A stretch of DNA of 64,000 bases from Eledone cirrhosa (lineage: Eukaryota), in the NCBI GenBank assembly GCA_964016885.1, contig OZ024744.1:56110001-56174000 (forward strand), read 5' to 3'. Positions 17,601 through 35,000 of this stretch are shown here, one piece after another (the stretch's first letter is position 1; each line of letters starts with the position of its first letter). The translations under genes and the position numbers were made by a program. Under the pieces are notes generated by a model that was not told the origin of the DNA, searched no databases, and saw only the letters and a list, made by a program, of their open reading frames with translations.

Positions 17601-20600
17601 CACTACCATCATCACGACCACTACCATCATCACCACCACAACTACCAATACTATCATCACCACCACAACCACCACTATCACCACCACCACAACCACCACT
17701 GCCACCACCACCACAAATACCACTATCGCCACAACCACCACTACCATCATCACCACCACAACCACCACTACCAGCATCACCACCACAACCACCACTACCA
17801 CCACCACCACAACCACCACTACCATCATAACCACCACAACCACCACTACCATCATCACCACCACAACCACCACTACCATCATCACCACCACAACCACCAC
17901 TACCATCATCACCACCACAACCATCACTACCATCATCACCACCACAACCACCACTACCTTCATCACCACCACAACCACCACTACCACCAACACCACAACC
18001 ACCACTACAATCATCACCACCACAACCATCACTACCATCATCAACACCACAACCACCACTACGATCATCACCACCACAACCACCACTACCATTATCACCA
18101 CCACAACCACCATCACCACCACAACCACCACTACCATCATCACCACTACAACCACCATAACCACCACAACCACCACTATCATCATCACCATCAAAACCAG
18201 CACTACTACCACCACCACAACCACCACTACCATCATCACCACCACAACCATCACTACCATCATCACCACCACTACCATCATCACCACCACAACCACAACT
18301 ACCATCATCACCACCACAACCACCACTACCATTATCACCACCACAACCACCACTACCACCACAACCACCACTACAATCGTCACCACCACAACCACCACTA
18401 CCACCACAACCATCACTACCACCAACACCATAAACACAACTACCATCATCACCACCTCAACCACCACTACCACCACAACCATCACTACCATCATCACGAC
18501 CACTACCATCATCACCACCACAACTACCAATACTATCATCACCACCACAGCCACCACTATCACCACCACCACAACCACCACTGCCACCACCACCACAAAC
18601 ACCACTACCGCCACAACCACCACTACCATCATCACCACCACAACCACCACTACCAGCATCACCACCACAACCACCACTACCATCATCACCACCACAACCA
18701 CCACTACCATCATCACCACCAAAACCACCACTTCTACCACCACCACAACCACCACTATCCTCATCACCACCACAACCACCACTATCCTCATCACCACCAC
18801 AACCACCACAACTACCACCACTACCACAACCACCACAACCATCATCACCACTACCAGCACCACTACCATCATCACCACCACAACCACCACTACCATCATC
18901 ACCACCACAACCATAACTACCATCATCACCACCACAACCACCACTACCTTCATCACCACCACAACCACCACTACCACCACCACCACAACCACCACTACCA
19001 TCATCACCACCACAACCATCACTACGATCATCACCACCACAACCACCACTACCATCATCACCACCACAACCACCACTACCATCATCACCACTACAACCAC
19101 CACTACCACCAGAACCACCACTATCATCATCACCACCACAACCAGCACTACTACCACCACCACAACCACCACTACCATCATCACCACCACAACCACCACT
19201 ACCATCATCACCACCACAACCACCACTACCACCACAACCACAAGCACCACTACCACCACAACCATCATCACCACCACAACCATCATTACCATCATCACCA
19301 CCACAACCACCACTACCATCACCACAACCACAACCACCACTACCATCATCACCACCACAACCACCCCTACCATCATAACCACCACAACCACCACTACCAT
19401 CATCATCACCACAACCACCACTACCATCATCACAACTACAACAACCACTACCATCATCACCACCACAACCACCACTACCATCATCACCACCACAACCACC
19501 ACTACCAACACAACCACCACTACCATCATCACCACCACAACCACCACTACCACTACCAACACCACCACAACTATCACTACCATCATCACCACCACAACCC
19601 CCACTACCACCACCACCACAACCACCACTACCATCATCACCACCACAACCACCACTACCATCACCACCACAACCATCACTACCATCATCACCACCACTAC
19701 CATCATCACCACCACAACCACAACTACCATCATCACCACCACTACAATCGTCACCACCACTACCATCATCACCACCACAACTACCAATACTATCATCACC
19801 ACCACAGCCACCACTATCACCACCACCACAACCACCACTGCCACCACCACCACAAATACCACTACCGCCACAACCACCACTACCATCATCACCACCACAA
19901 CCACCACTACCAGCATCACCACCACAACCACCACTACCACCACCACCACAACCACCACTACCATCATCACCACCACAACCACCACTACCATCATCACCAC
20001 CACAACCACCACTACCATCATCACTACCACAACCACCACTACCACCACCACCACAACCACCACTATCCTCATCACCACCACAACCACCACTATCCTCATC
20101 ACCACCACAACCACCACAACTACCACTACCACCACAACCACCACTACCATCATCACCACCACAACCATCACTACAATCATCACCACCACAACCACCAGTA
20201 CCATCATCACCACGACAACCATCACTACCATCATCACCACCACAACCACCACTACCATCGTCACCACCACAACCATCACTACCATCATCACCACCACAAC
20301 CACCACTACCATCATCACCACAACCACCACTATCATCATCACCACCACAACCACCACTACCCTCATCACCACAACCACCACTACCATCATCACCACCACA
20401 ACCACCACTACAATCACCACCACCACAACCACCACTACCATCATCACCTCAACCACCACAACCATCATCACCACCACAACCACCACTACCACCACAACCA
20501 CCACTACCATCATCACCACCATAACCACCACAACCATCACCACCACTACCGGCACCACAACCATCATCACCACCACAACCATCACTACCATCATCAACAC

Positions 20601-23600
20601 CACAACCACCACTACGATCATCACCACCTCAACCACCACTACCATTATCACCACCACAACCACCATCACCACCACAACCACCACTACCATCATCACCACT
20701 ACAACCACCACTACCACCACAACCACCACTATCATCATCACCACCACAACCACCACTACCACCACCACCACAACCACCACTACCATCATCACCACCACAA
20801 CCACCTCTACCATCATCACCACCACAACCACCACTACCATCATCACCATCACAACCACCACTACCATCATCACCACCACAAGCACCACTACCACCACAAC
20901 CACAAGCACCACTACCACCACAACCATCATCACCACCACAACCATCATTACCATCATCACCACCACAACCACCACAACCATCACCACCACCACAACCACC
21001 ACTACCATCATCACCACCACAACCACTACTACCATCATCACAACCACAACAACCACTACCATCATCACCACCACAACCACCACTACCATCATCAACACCA
21101 CAACCACCACTACCAACACAACCACCACTACCATTATCACCACCACAACCACCACTACCACCACCACCACCACCACAATCAACACTACCATCATCACCAC
21201 CACAACCACCACTACCATCACCACCACAACCATCACTACCATCATCACCACCACAACCCCCACTACCACCACCACCACAACCACCACTACCATCATCACC
21301 ACCACAACCACCACTACCATCACCACCACAACCATCACTACCATCATCACCACCACAACCATCATGACCACCACAACCACAACTACCATCATCACCACCA
21401 CTACCATTATCACCACCACAACCACCACTACCACCACAACCACCACTACAATCGTCACCACCACAACCACCACTACCACCACAACCATCACTACCACCAC
21501 AAACATCACTACCATCATCACCACCTCAACCACCACTACCACCACAAACATCACTACCATCATCACGACCACTACCATCATCACCACCACAACTACCAAT
21601 ACTATCATCACCACCACAGCCACCACTATCACCACCACCACAACCACCACTGCCACCACCACCAAAAACACCACTACCGCCACAACCACCACTACCATCA
21701 TCACCACCACAACCACCACTGCCAGCATCACCACCACAACCACCACTACCATCATCACCACCACAAACATCACTACCATCATCACCACCACTACCATCAT
21801 CACCACCACAACCACAACTACCATCATCACCACCACAACCACCACTACCATTATCACCACCACAACCACCACTACCACCACAACCACCACTACAATCGTC
21901 ACCACCACAACCACCACTACCACCACAACCATCACTACCACCAACACCATAAACACAACTACCATCATCACCACCTCAACCACCACAACCACCACAACCA
22001 TCACTACCATCATCACGACCACTACCATCATCACCACCACAACTACCAATACTATCATCACCACCACAGCCACCACTATCACCACCACCACAACCACCAC
22101 TGCCACCACCACCACAAACACCACTACCGCCACAACCACCACTACCATCATCACCACCACAACCACCACTACCAGCATCACCACCACAACCACCACTACC
22201 ACCACCACCACAACTACCACTACCATCATCACCACCACAACCACCACTACCACCACCACCACAACCACCACTACCCTCATCACTACCACAACCACCACTA
22301 CCACCACCACCACAACCACCACTATCCTCTTCACCACCACAACCACCACTATCCTCATCACCACCACAACCACCACAACTACCACCACTACCACAACCAC
22401 CACAACCATCACCACCACTACCAGCACCACTACCATCATCACCACCACAACCACCACTACCATCATCACCACCACAACCACCACTACCTTCATCACCACC
22501 ACAACCACCACTACCACCACCACCACAACCACCACTACCATCATCACCACCACAACCATCACTACCATCATCAACACCACAACCACCACTACGATCATCA
22601 CCACCACAACCACCACTACCATTATCACCACCACAACCACCATCACCACCACAACCACCACTACCATCATCACCACTACAACCACCACTACCACCACAAA
22701 CACCACTATCATCATCACCACCACAACCACCACTACCAGCATCACCACCACAACCCCCACTACCACCACCACCACAACCACCACTACCATCATCACCACC
22801 ACAACCACCACTACCATCACCACCACAACCATCACTACCATCATCACCACCACTACCATCATCACCACCACAACCACAACTACCATCATCACCACCACTA
22901 CAATCGTCACCACCACTACCATCATCACCACCACAACTACCAATACTATCATCACCACCACAGCCACCACTATCACCACCACCACAACCACCACTGCCAC
23001 CACCACCACAAATACCACTACCGCCACCACCACCACTACCATCATCACCACCACAACCACCACTACCAGCATCACCACCACAACCACCACTACCACCACC
23101 ACCACAACCACCACTACCATCATCACCACCACAACCACCACTACCATCATCACCACCACAACCACCACTACCATCATCACTACCACAACCACCACTACCA
23201 CCACCACCACAACCACCACTATCCTCATCACCACCACAACCACCACTATCCTCATCACCACCACAACCACCACAACTACCACTACCACCACAACCACCAC
23301 TACCATCATCACCACCACAACCATCACTACAATCATCACCACCACAACCACCAGTACCATCATCACCACGACAACCATCACTACCATCATCACCACCACA
23401 ACCACCACTACCATCATCACCACAACCACCACTATCATCATCACCACCACAACCACCACTACCCTCATCACCACAACCACCACTACCATCATCACCACCA
23501 CAACCACCACTACAATCACCACCACCACAACCACCACTACCATCATCACCTCAACCACCACAACCATCATCACCACCACAACCACCACTACCACCACAAC

Positions 23601-26600
23601 CACCACTACCATCATCACCACCATAACCACCACAACCATCACCACCACTACCGGCACCACTACCATCATCACCACCATAACCACCACTACCATCATCACC
23701 ACCACAACCATCACTACCATCATCACCACCACCACCACCACTACCTTCATCACCATCACAACCACCACTACCACCACCGCCACAACCATCATCACCACCA
23801 CAACCATCACTACCATCATCAACACCACAACCACCACTACGATCATCAGCACCTCAACCACCACTACCATTATCACCACCACAACCACCATCACCACCAC
23901 AACCACCACTACCATCATCACCACTACAACCACCACTACCACCACAACCACCACTATCATCATCACCACCACAACCACCACTACCACCACCACCACAACC
24001 ACCACTACCATCATCACCACCACAACCACCTCTACCATCATCACCACCACATCCACCACTACCATCATCACCACCACAACCACCACTACCATCATCACCA
24101 CTACAACCACCACTACCACCACAACCACAAGCACCACTACCACCACAACCATCATCACCACCACAACCATCATTACCATCATCACCACCACAACCACCAC
24201 AACCATCACCACCACCACAACCACCACTACCATCATCACCACCACAACCACTACTACCATCATCACAACCACAACAACCACTACCATCATCACCACCACA
24301 ACCACCGCTACCATCATCAACACCACAACCACCACTACCAACACAACCACCACTACCATTATCACCACCACAACCACCACTACCACCACCACCACCGCCA
24401 CAATCAACACTACCATCATCACCACCACAACCACCACTACCATCACCACCACAACCATCACTACCATCATCACCACCACAACCCCCACTACCACCACCAC
24501 CACAACCACCACTACCATCATCACCACCACAACCACCACTACCATCACCACCACAACCATCACTACCATCATCACCACCACAACCATCATGACCACCACA
24601 ACCACAACTACCATCATCACCACCACTACCATTATCACCACCACAACCACCACTACCACCACAACCACCACTACAATCGTCACCACCACAACCACCACTA
24701 CCACCACAACCACCACTACCACCACAAACATCACTACCATCATCACGACCACTACCATCATCACCACCACAACTACCAATACTATCATCACCACCACAGC
24801 CACCACTATCACCACCACCACAACCACCACTGCCACCACCACCAAAAACACCACTACCGCCACAACCACCACTACCATCATCACCACCACAACCACCACT
24901 GCCAGCATCACCACCACAACCACCACTACCATCATCACCACCACAAACATCACTACCATCAACACCACCACTACCATCATCACCACCACAACCACAACTA
25001 CCACCATCACCACCACAACCACCACTACCATTATCACCACCACAACCACCACTACCACCACAACCACCACTACAATCGTCACCACCACAACCACCACTAC
25101 CACCACAACCATCACTACCACCAACACCATAAACACAACTACCATCATCACCACCTCAACCACCACTACCACCACAACCATCACTACCATCATCACGACC
25201 ACTACCATCATCACCACCACAACTACCAATACTATCATCACCACCACAGCCACCACTATCACCACCACCACAACCACCACTGCCACCACCACCACAAACA
25301 CCACTACCGCCACAACCACCACTACCATCATCACCACCACAACCACCACTACCAGCATCACCACCACAACCACCACTACCACCACCACCACAACTACCAC
25401 TACCATCATCACCACCACAACCACCACTACCACCACCACCACAACCACCACTACCATCATCACTACCACAACCACCACTACCACCACCACCACAACCACC
25501 ACTATCCTCATCACCACCACAACCACCACTATCCTCATCACCACCACAACCACCACAACTACCACCACTACCACAACCACCACAACCATCACCACCACTA
25601 CCAGCATCACTACCATCATCACCACCACAACCACCACTACCATCATCACCACCACAACCACCACTACCTTCATCACCACCACAACCACCACTACCACCAC
25701 CACCACAACCACCACTACCATCATCACCACCACAACCATCACTACCATCATCAACACCACAACCACCACTACGATCATCACCACCACAACCACCACTACC
25801 ATTATCACCACCACAACCACCATCACCACCACAACCACCACTACCATCATCACCACTACAACCACCACTACCACCACAACCACCACTATCATCATCACCA
25901 CCACAACCAGCACTACTACCACCACCACAACCACCACTACCATCATCACCACCACAACCACCACTACCATCATCACCACCACAACCACCACTACCATCAT
26001 CACCACCACAACCACCACTACCACCACAACCATCATCACCACCACAACCATCATTACCATCACCACCACCACAACCACCACTACCATCATCACCACCACA
26101 ACTACCACTACCATCATCACAACCACAACAACCACTACCATCATCACCACCACAACCACCACTACCATCATCACCACCACAACCACCACTACCAACACAA
26201 CCACCACTACCATCATCACCACCACAACCACCATTACCACTACCAACACCACCACAACTATCACTACCATCATCATCACCACAACCCCCACTACTACCAC
26301 CACCACAACCACCACTACCATCATCACCACCACAACCACCACTACCATCACCACCACAACCATCACTACCATCATCACCACCACTACCATCATCACCACC
26401 ACAACCACAACTACCATCATCACCACCACTACCATTATCACCACCACAACCACCACAACCACCACTACAATCATCACCACCACAACCACCACAACCATCA
26501 TTACCACCAACACCACAACCACAACTACCATCATCACCACCTCAACCACCACTACCACCACGACCATCACTACCATCATCACGACCACTACCATCATCAC

Positions 26601-29079
26601 CACCACAACTACCAATACTATCATCACCACCACAACCACCACTATCACCACCACCACAACCACCACTGCCACCACCACCACAAATACCACTATCGCCACA
26701 ACCACCACTACCATCATCACCACCACAACCACCACTACCAGCATCACCACCACAACCACCACTACCACCACCACCACAACCACCACTACCATCATAACCA
26801 CCACAACCACCACTACCATCATCACCACCACAACCACCACTACCATCATCACCACCACAACCATCACTACTATCATCACCACCACAACCACCACTACCTT
26901 CATCACCACCACAACCACCACTACCACCAACACCACAACCACCACTACCATCATCACCACCACAACCATCACTACCATCATCAACACCACAACCACCACT
27001 ACGATCATCACCACCACAACCACCACTACCATTATCACCACCACAACCACCATCACCACCACAACCACCACTACCATCATCACCACTACAACCACCATAA
27101 CCACCACAACCACCACTATCATCATCACCACCAAAACCAGCACTACTACCACCACCACAACCACCACTACCATCATCACCACCACAACCATCACTACCAT
27201 CATCACCACCACTACCATCATCACCACCACAACCACAACTACCATCATCACCACCACAACCACCACTACCATTATCACCACCACAACCACCACTACCACC
27301 ACAACCACCACTACCACCACAACCATCACTACCACCAACACCATAAACACAACTACCATCATCACCACCTCAACCACCACTACCACCACAACCATCACTA
27401 CCATCATCACGACCACTACCATCATCACCACCACAACTACCAATACTATCATCACCACCACAGCCACCACTATCACCACCACCACAACCACCACTGCCAC
27501 CACAACCACAAACACCACTACCGCCACAACCACCACTACCATCATCACCACCACAACCACCACTACCAGCATCACCACCACAACCACCACTACCATCATC
27601 ACCGCCACAACCACCACTACCATCATCACCACCACAACCACCACTACTACCACCACCACAAACACCACTATCCTCATCACCACCACAACCACCACAACTA
27701 CCACCACTACCACAACCACCACAACCATCACCACCACTACCAGCACCACTACCATCATCACCACCACAACCACCACTACCATCATCACCACCACAACCAT
27801 AACTACCATCATCACCACCACAACCACCACTACCTTCATCACCACCACAACCACCACTACCACCACCACCATAACCACCACAACCATCACCACCACTACC
27901 AGCATCACTACCATCATCACCACCACAACCACAACCACCACTACCTTCATCACCACCACAACCACCACTACCTTCATCACCACCACAACCACCACTACCA
28001 CCACCACCACAACCATCACTACCATCATCAATACCACAACCACCACTACCATCATCACCACCACAACCACCACTACCACCACTACCACCACAACCACCAC
28101 TACCAACATTACCACCACAACCATAATTACCATCACCACCACAACCACCACAACCACCACTACCATCATCACCACCACAACCATAATTACCATCACCACC
28201 ACAACCACAACAACCATCACCACCACCACAACCACCACTACAATCACCACCACCACAACCACCACTACCATCATCACCACCACAACCACCACTACCATCA
28301 TCACCACTACCACCACCACCACTACCATCATCACCACCACAACCACGACTACCATCATCACCACCACAACCATAATTACCATCACCACCACAACCACCAC
28401 AACCACCACTACCATCATCACCACCACAACCATAATTACCATCACCACCACAACCACAACAACCATCACCACCACCACCACCACCACTACCATCATCACC
28501 ACCACAACCACCACCACCATCATCACCTCCACAACCACCACTACCATCATCACCACTACAACCATCACTACCACCACAACCACCACTAACATCATCACTA
28601 CCACACCCACCACTACCACCACCACCACCACAACCACCACTACCATCATCACTACCACAATCACCACTACCACAGCGCCACCACAACCACCACTACCATC
28701 ATCACCACCATAACAACCACTACCATCATCACTACTACAACCATCACTACCATCATCACCACCACAACCACCACTACCATCATCACCACCACAACCACCA
28801 CTACCATCATCACGACCACAACCACCACTACCATCATCACCACCACAACCACCACTACCACCACCACCACCACTACCAACACCACCACCACCACCACTAC
28901 CATCATCACCACCACAACCACCACTACCATCATCACCACCACAACTGCCACTACCACCACAACCACCACTACCATCACCACCACAACCACCACTACCACG
29001 ACAACCACCACTACCACCACTGCAATCATCACCACCACAACCACCACTATCATCATCACCACCACAACCACCACTACCA

Positions 29080-32000
29080 TCATCACTACCACAACCACCA
29101 CTACCACAGCGCCACCACAACCACCACTACCATCATCACCACCACAACAACCACTACCATCATCACTACTACAACCATCACTTCCATCATCACCACCACA
29201 ACCACCACTACCATCATCACCACCACAACCACCACTACCATCACCACCACCACAACCACCAGTACCACCACAAAAACAACTACCACCACTACCATCATCA
29301 CCACGACAACCATCACTACCGTCATCACCACCACTACCATCATCACCACCACAACCGCCACTACTATCATCACCACCACAACCACCACTACCACGACAAC
29401 CACCACTACCACCACTGCAATCATCACCACCACAACCACCACTACCATCATCACCACCACTACCATCACTACCATCACCACCACCACAACAACCACTACC
29501 ACCACCACCACTACCACCACTACCATCATCACCACCACAACCACCACTACCACCACAACCACCACTACCATCATCACCACTACAACCATCACTACCACCA
29601 CAACCACCACTACCATCATCACCACCACAACCACCACTAACATCATCACTACCACACCCACCACTACCACCACCACCACCACAACCACCACTACCATCAT
29701 CACCACCACAACAACCACTACCATCATCACTACTACAACCATCACTACCATCATCACCACCACAACCACCACTACCATCATCACCACCACAACCACCACT
29801 ACCATCATCACCACCACAACCACCACTACCATCATCACCACCACAACCACCACTACCACCACCACCACCACTACCACCACCACCACCACCACCACTACCA
29901 TCATCACCACCACAACCACCACTACCATCATCACCACCACAACTGCCACTACCACCACAACCACCACTACCATCACCACCACAACCACCGCTACCATCAT
30001 CACCACCACAACCACCACTACCACCACAACCACTACAACCACCACTACCATCAGCACAACCACAACCACCACTGCCATCATCACCACCACTACCATCATC
30101 ACCACTATCACCACCACCACAACAACCACTACCACCACCACTATAACCAACACTACCATCATCACTACCACAAACACCACAACCATCATCACCACCACAA
30201 CCACCACTAACGTCATCACCACCACGACCACCACTACCATCATCACCACCACAACCACCACTACCATCATCACCACCACAACCACCACTACCATGATCAC
30301 TAACCCAACCATCACTACCATCATCATCACCACCACAACCACCACTATCATCATCACCACCACAACCATCATTACCATCACCACCACCACAACCACCACT
30401 ACCATCATCACCACCACAACCACCAAACCCCCACAACCACCGCTACCATCATCACCACCACAAACACCAGTACCACCACAAAAACAACTACCACCACTAC
30501 CATCATCACCACGACAACCATCACTACCGTCATCACCACCACTACCATCATCACCACCACAACCGCCACTACTATCATCACCACCACAACCACCACTACC
30601 ACGACAACCACCACTACCATCTTCACCACCACAACCATCACTACCATCATCACCACCAACAACCACCACTACCATCATCACCACCACAACCACCACTACC
30701 ACCACCACCACGACGACCACCACCACCATCACTACCATCATCACCACCACAAATGCCACTACCACCACAACCACCACTACCATCACCACCACAACCACCA
30801 CTACCATCATCACCACCACAACCACCACTACCATCGTCACCACCACAACCATCATTACCATCATCACAACTACAACCACCACAACCACCACTACCACCAC
30901 TACCATCATCACCACCACAACCACCACTACCATCATCACAACCACAACCACCACTACCATCATCACCACCACAACCATCACTACCACCACCACCAGCAGC
31001 ACTACCATCATCACCACCACAACCACCACTACCACCACAACCACCACTACCACCACAACCACCACTACCATCATCACCACCACAACCATCACTACCATCA
31101 TCACCACCACAACCACCACGACCACCACTACCATCATCACCACCAGAACAATCACTACCACCACAACCACCACTACCATCATCACCACCCCAACCATCAC
31201 CACCACCACAACCACCACTACAATCACCACCACAACCACCACTACCATCATCACCACCACAACCACCACTACCATCTTCACCACCACAACCATCACTACC
31301 ATCATCACCACCAACAACCACCACTACCATCATCACCACAACAACCACCACTACCACCACCACCACCACGACCACCACCACCATCACTACCATCATCACC
31401 ACCACAAATGCCACTACCACCACAACCACCACTACCATCACCACCACAACCACCACTACCATCCTCACCACCACAACCACCACTACCATCGTCACAACCA
31501 CAACCATCATTATCATCATCACAACCACAACCACCACTACCACCACTACCACCACTACCATCATCACCACCACAACCACCACTACCATCATCACAATCAC
31601 AACCATCACTACCACCACAACCACCACAACCACCACTACCATCATCACCACCACAACCACCACTACCATCATCACCACCACAACCATCACTACCACCACC
31701 ACCAGCAGCACTACCATCATCACCACCACAACCACCACTACCACCACAACCACCACTAGCATCATCACCACCACAACCACCACTACCATCATAACCACCA
31801 CTACCACCTCAACCATCATCACCACCACAACCACCACTACCACCACCACCACAACCACCACTACCATCATCACCACCACAACCACCACTACCACCACAAC
31901 CACCACTACATTCATCACCACCACAACCACCACTACCACCACAACCACCACTACCTTCATCACCACCACCACCACCACTACCACCACCACCACCACCACC

Positions 32001-35000
32001 ACTACCATCATCACCACCACAACCACCACTACCATCATCACCACCACAACTGCCACTACCACCACAACCACCACTACCATCACCACCACAACCACCACTA
32101 CCATCATCACCACCACAACCACCACTACCATGATCACTAACCCAACCATCACTACCATCATCATCACCACCACAACCACCACTATCATCATCACCACCAC
32201 AACCATCATTACCATCACCACCACCACAACCACCACTACCATCATCACCACCACAACCACCAAACCCCCACAACCACCGCTACCATCATCACCACCACAA
32301 ACACCAGTACCACCACAAAAACAACTACCACCACTACCATCATCACCACGACAACCATCACTACCCTCATCACCACCACTACCATCATCACCACCACAAC
32401 CGCCACTACTATCATCACCACCACAACCACCACTACCACGACAACCACCACTACCACCACTGCAATCATCACCACCACAACCACCACTACCATCATCACC
32501 ACCACTACCATCACTACCATCACCACCACCACAACAACCACTACCACCACCACCACAACCACCACTACCATCATCACCACCACAACCACCACTACCACCA
32601 CAACCACCACTACCATCATCACCACCACAACCATCACTACCATCATCACCACCACAACCACCACAACTACCACTACCATCATCACCACTAGAACTATCAC
32701 TACCACCACAACCACCACTACCATCATCACCACCACAACCATCACCACCACCACAACCACCACTACAATCACCACCACAACCACCACTACCATCATCACA
32801 ACCACAACCACCACTACCATCTTCACCACCACAACCATCACTACCATCATCACCACCAACAACCACCACTACCATCATCACTACCACAACCACCACTACC
32901 ACCACCACCACGACGACCACCACCACCATCACTACCATCATCACCACCACAAATGCCACTACCACCACAACCACCACTACCATCGCCACCACAACCACCA
33001 CTACCATCATCACCACCACAACCACCACTACCATTGTCACCACCACAACCATCATTACCATCATCACAACTACAACCACCACAACCACCACTACCACCAC
33101 TACCATCATCACCACCACAACCACCACTACCATCATCACAACCACAACCATCACTACCACCACAACCACCACAACCACCACTACCATCATCACAACCACA
33201 ACCACCACTACCATCATCACCACCACAACCATCACTACCACCACCACCAGCAGCACTACCATCATCACCACCACAACCACCACTACCACCACAACCACCA
33301 CTACCACCACAACCACCACTACCATCATCACCACCACAACCATCACTACCATCATTACCACCACAACCACCACAACCACCACTACCATCATCACCACCAG
33401 AACAATCACTACCACCACAACCACCACTACCATCATCACCACCACAACCATCACCACCACCACAACCACCACTACCATCATCACCACCACAACCACCACT
33501 ACCATCTTCACCACCACAACCATCACTACCATCATCACCACCAACAACCACCACTACCATCATCACCACAACAACCACCACTACCACCACCACCACCACG
33601 ACCACCACCACCATCACTACCATCATCACCACCACAAATGCCACTACCACCACAACCACCACTACCATCACCACCACAACCACCACTACCATCATCACCA
33701 CCACAACCACCACCACCACCACAACCACCACTACCATCATCACTACCACAACCACCACTACCACCACCACCACAACCACCACTATCCTCATCACCACCAC
33801 AACCACCACAACTACCACTACCACCACAACCACCACTACCATCATCACCACCACAACCACCACTACCATCATCACCACCACAACCACCACTACCATCATC
33901 ACCACCATAACCATCACTACCACCACCACCAGCAGCACTACCATCATCACCACCACAACCACCACTACCACCACAACCACCACTAGCATCATCACCACCA
34001 CAACCACCACTACCATCATAACCACCACTACCACCTCAACCATCATCACCACCACAACCACCACTACCACCACCACCACAACCACCACTACCATCATCAC
34101 CACCACAACCACCACTACCACCACAACCACCACTACAATCATCACCACCACAACCACCACTACCATCATCACTACCACAACCACCACTACCACAGCGCCA
34201 CCACAACCACCACTACCATCATCACCACCACAACAACCACTACCATCATCACTACTACAACCATCACTACCATCATCACCACCACAACCACCACTACCAT
34301 CATCACCACCACAACCACCACTACCATCACCACCACCACAACCACCAGTACCACCACAAAAACAACTACCACCACTACCATCATCACCACGACAACCATC
34401 ACTACCGTCATCACCACCACTACCATCATCACCACCACAACCGCCACTACTATCATCACCACCACAACCACCACTACCACGACAACCACCACTACCACCA
34501 CTGCAATCATCACCACCACAACCACCACTACCATCATCACCACCACTACCATCACTACCATCACCACCACCACAACAACCACTACCACCACCACCACTAC
34601 CACCACTACCATCATCACCACCACAACCACCACTACCACCACAACCACCACTACCATCATCACCACTACAACCATCACTACCACCACAACCACCACTACC
34701 ATCATCACCACCACAACCACCACTAACATCATCACTACCACACCCACCACTACCACCACCACCACCACAACCACCACTACCATCATCACCACCACAACAA
34801 CCACTACCATCATCACTACTACAACCATCACTACCATCATCACCACCACAACCACCACTACCATCATCACCACCACAACCACCACTACCATCATCACCAC
34901 CACAACCACCACTACCATCATCACCACCACAACCACCACTACCACCACCACCACCACTACCACCACCACCACCACCACCACTACCATCATCACCACCACA

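Noticed and set aside
5742-29120. 7792-aa Val/Met ORF on the minus strand
   Set aside because: It is a shadow frame of the satellite. GTN/ATG codons rarely mutate to stops, and a poly-Val protein of this size is implausible.
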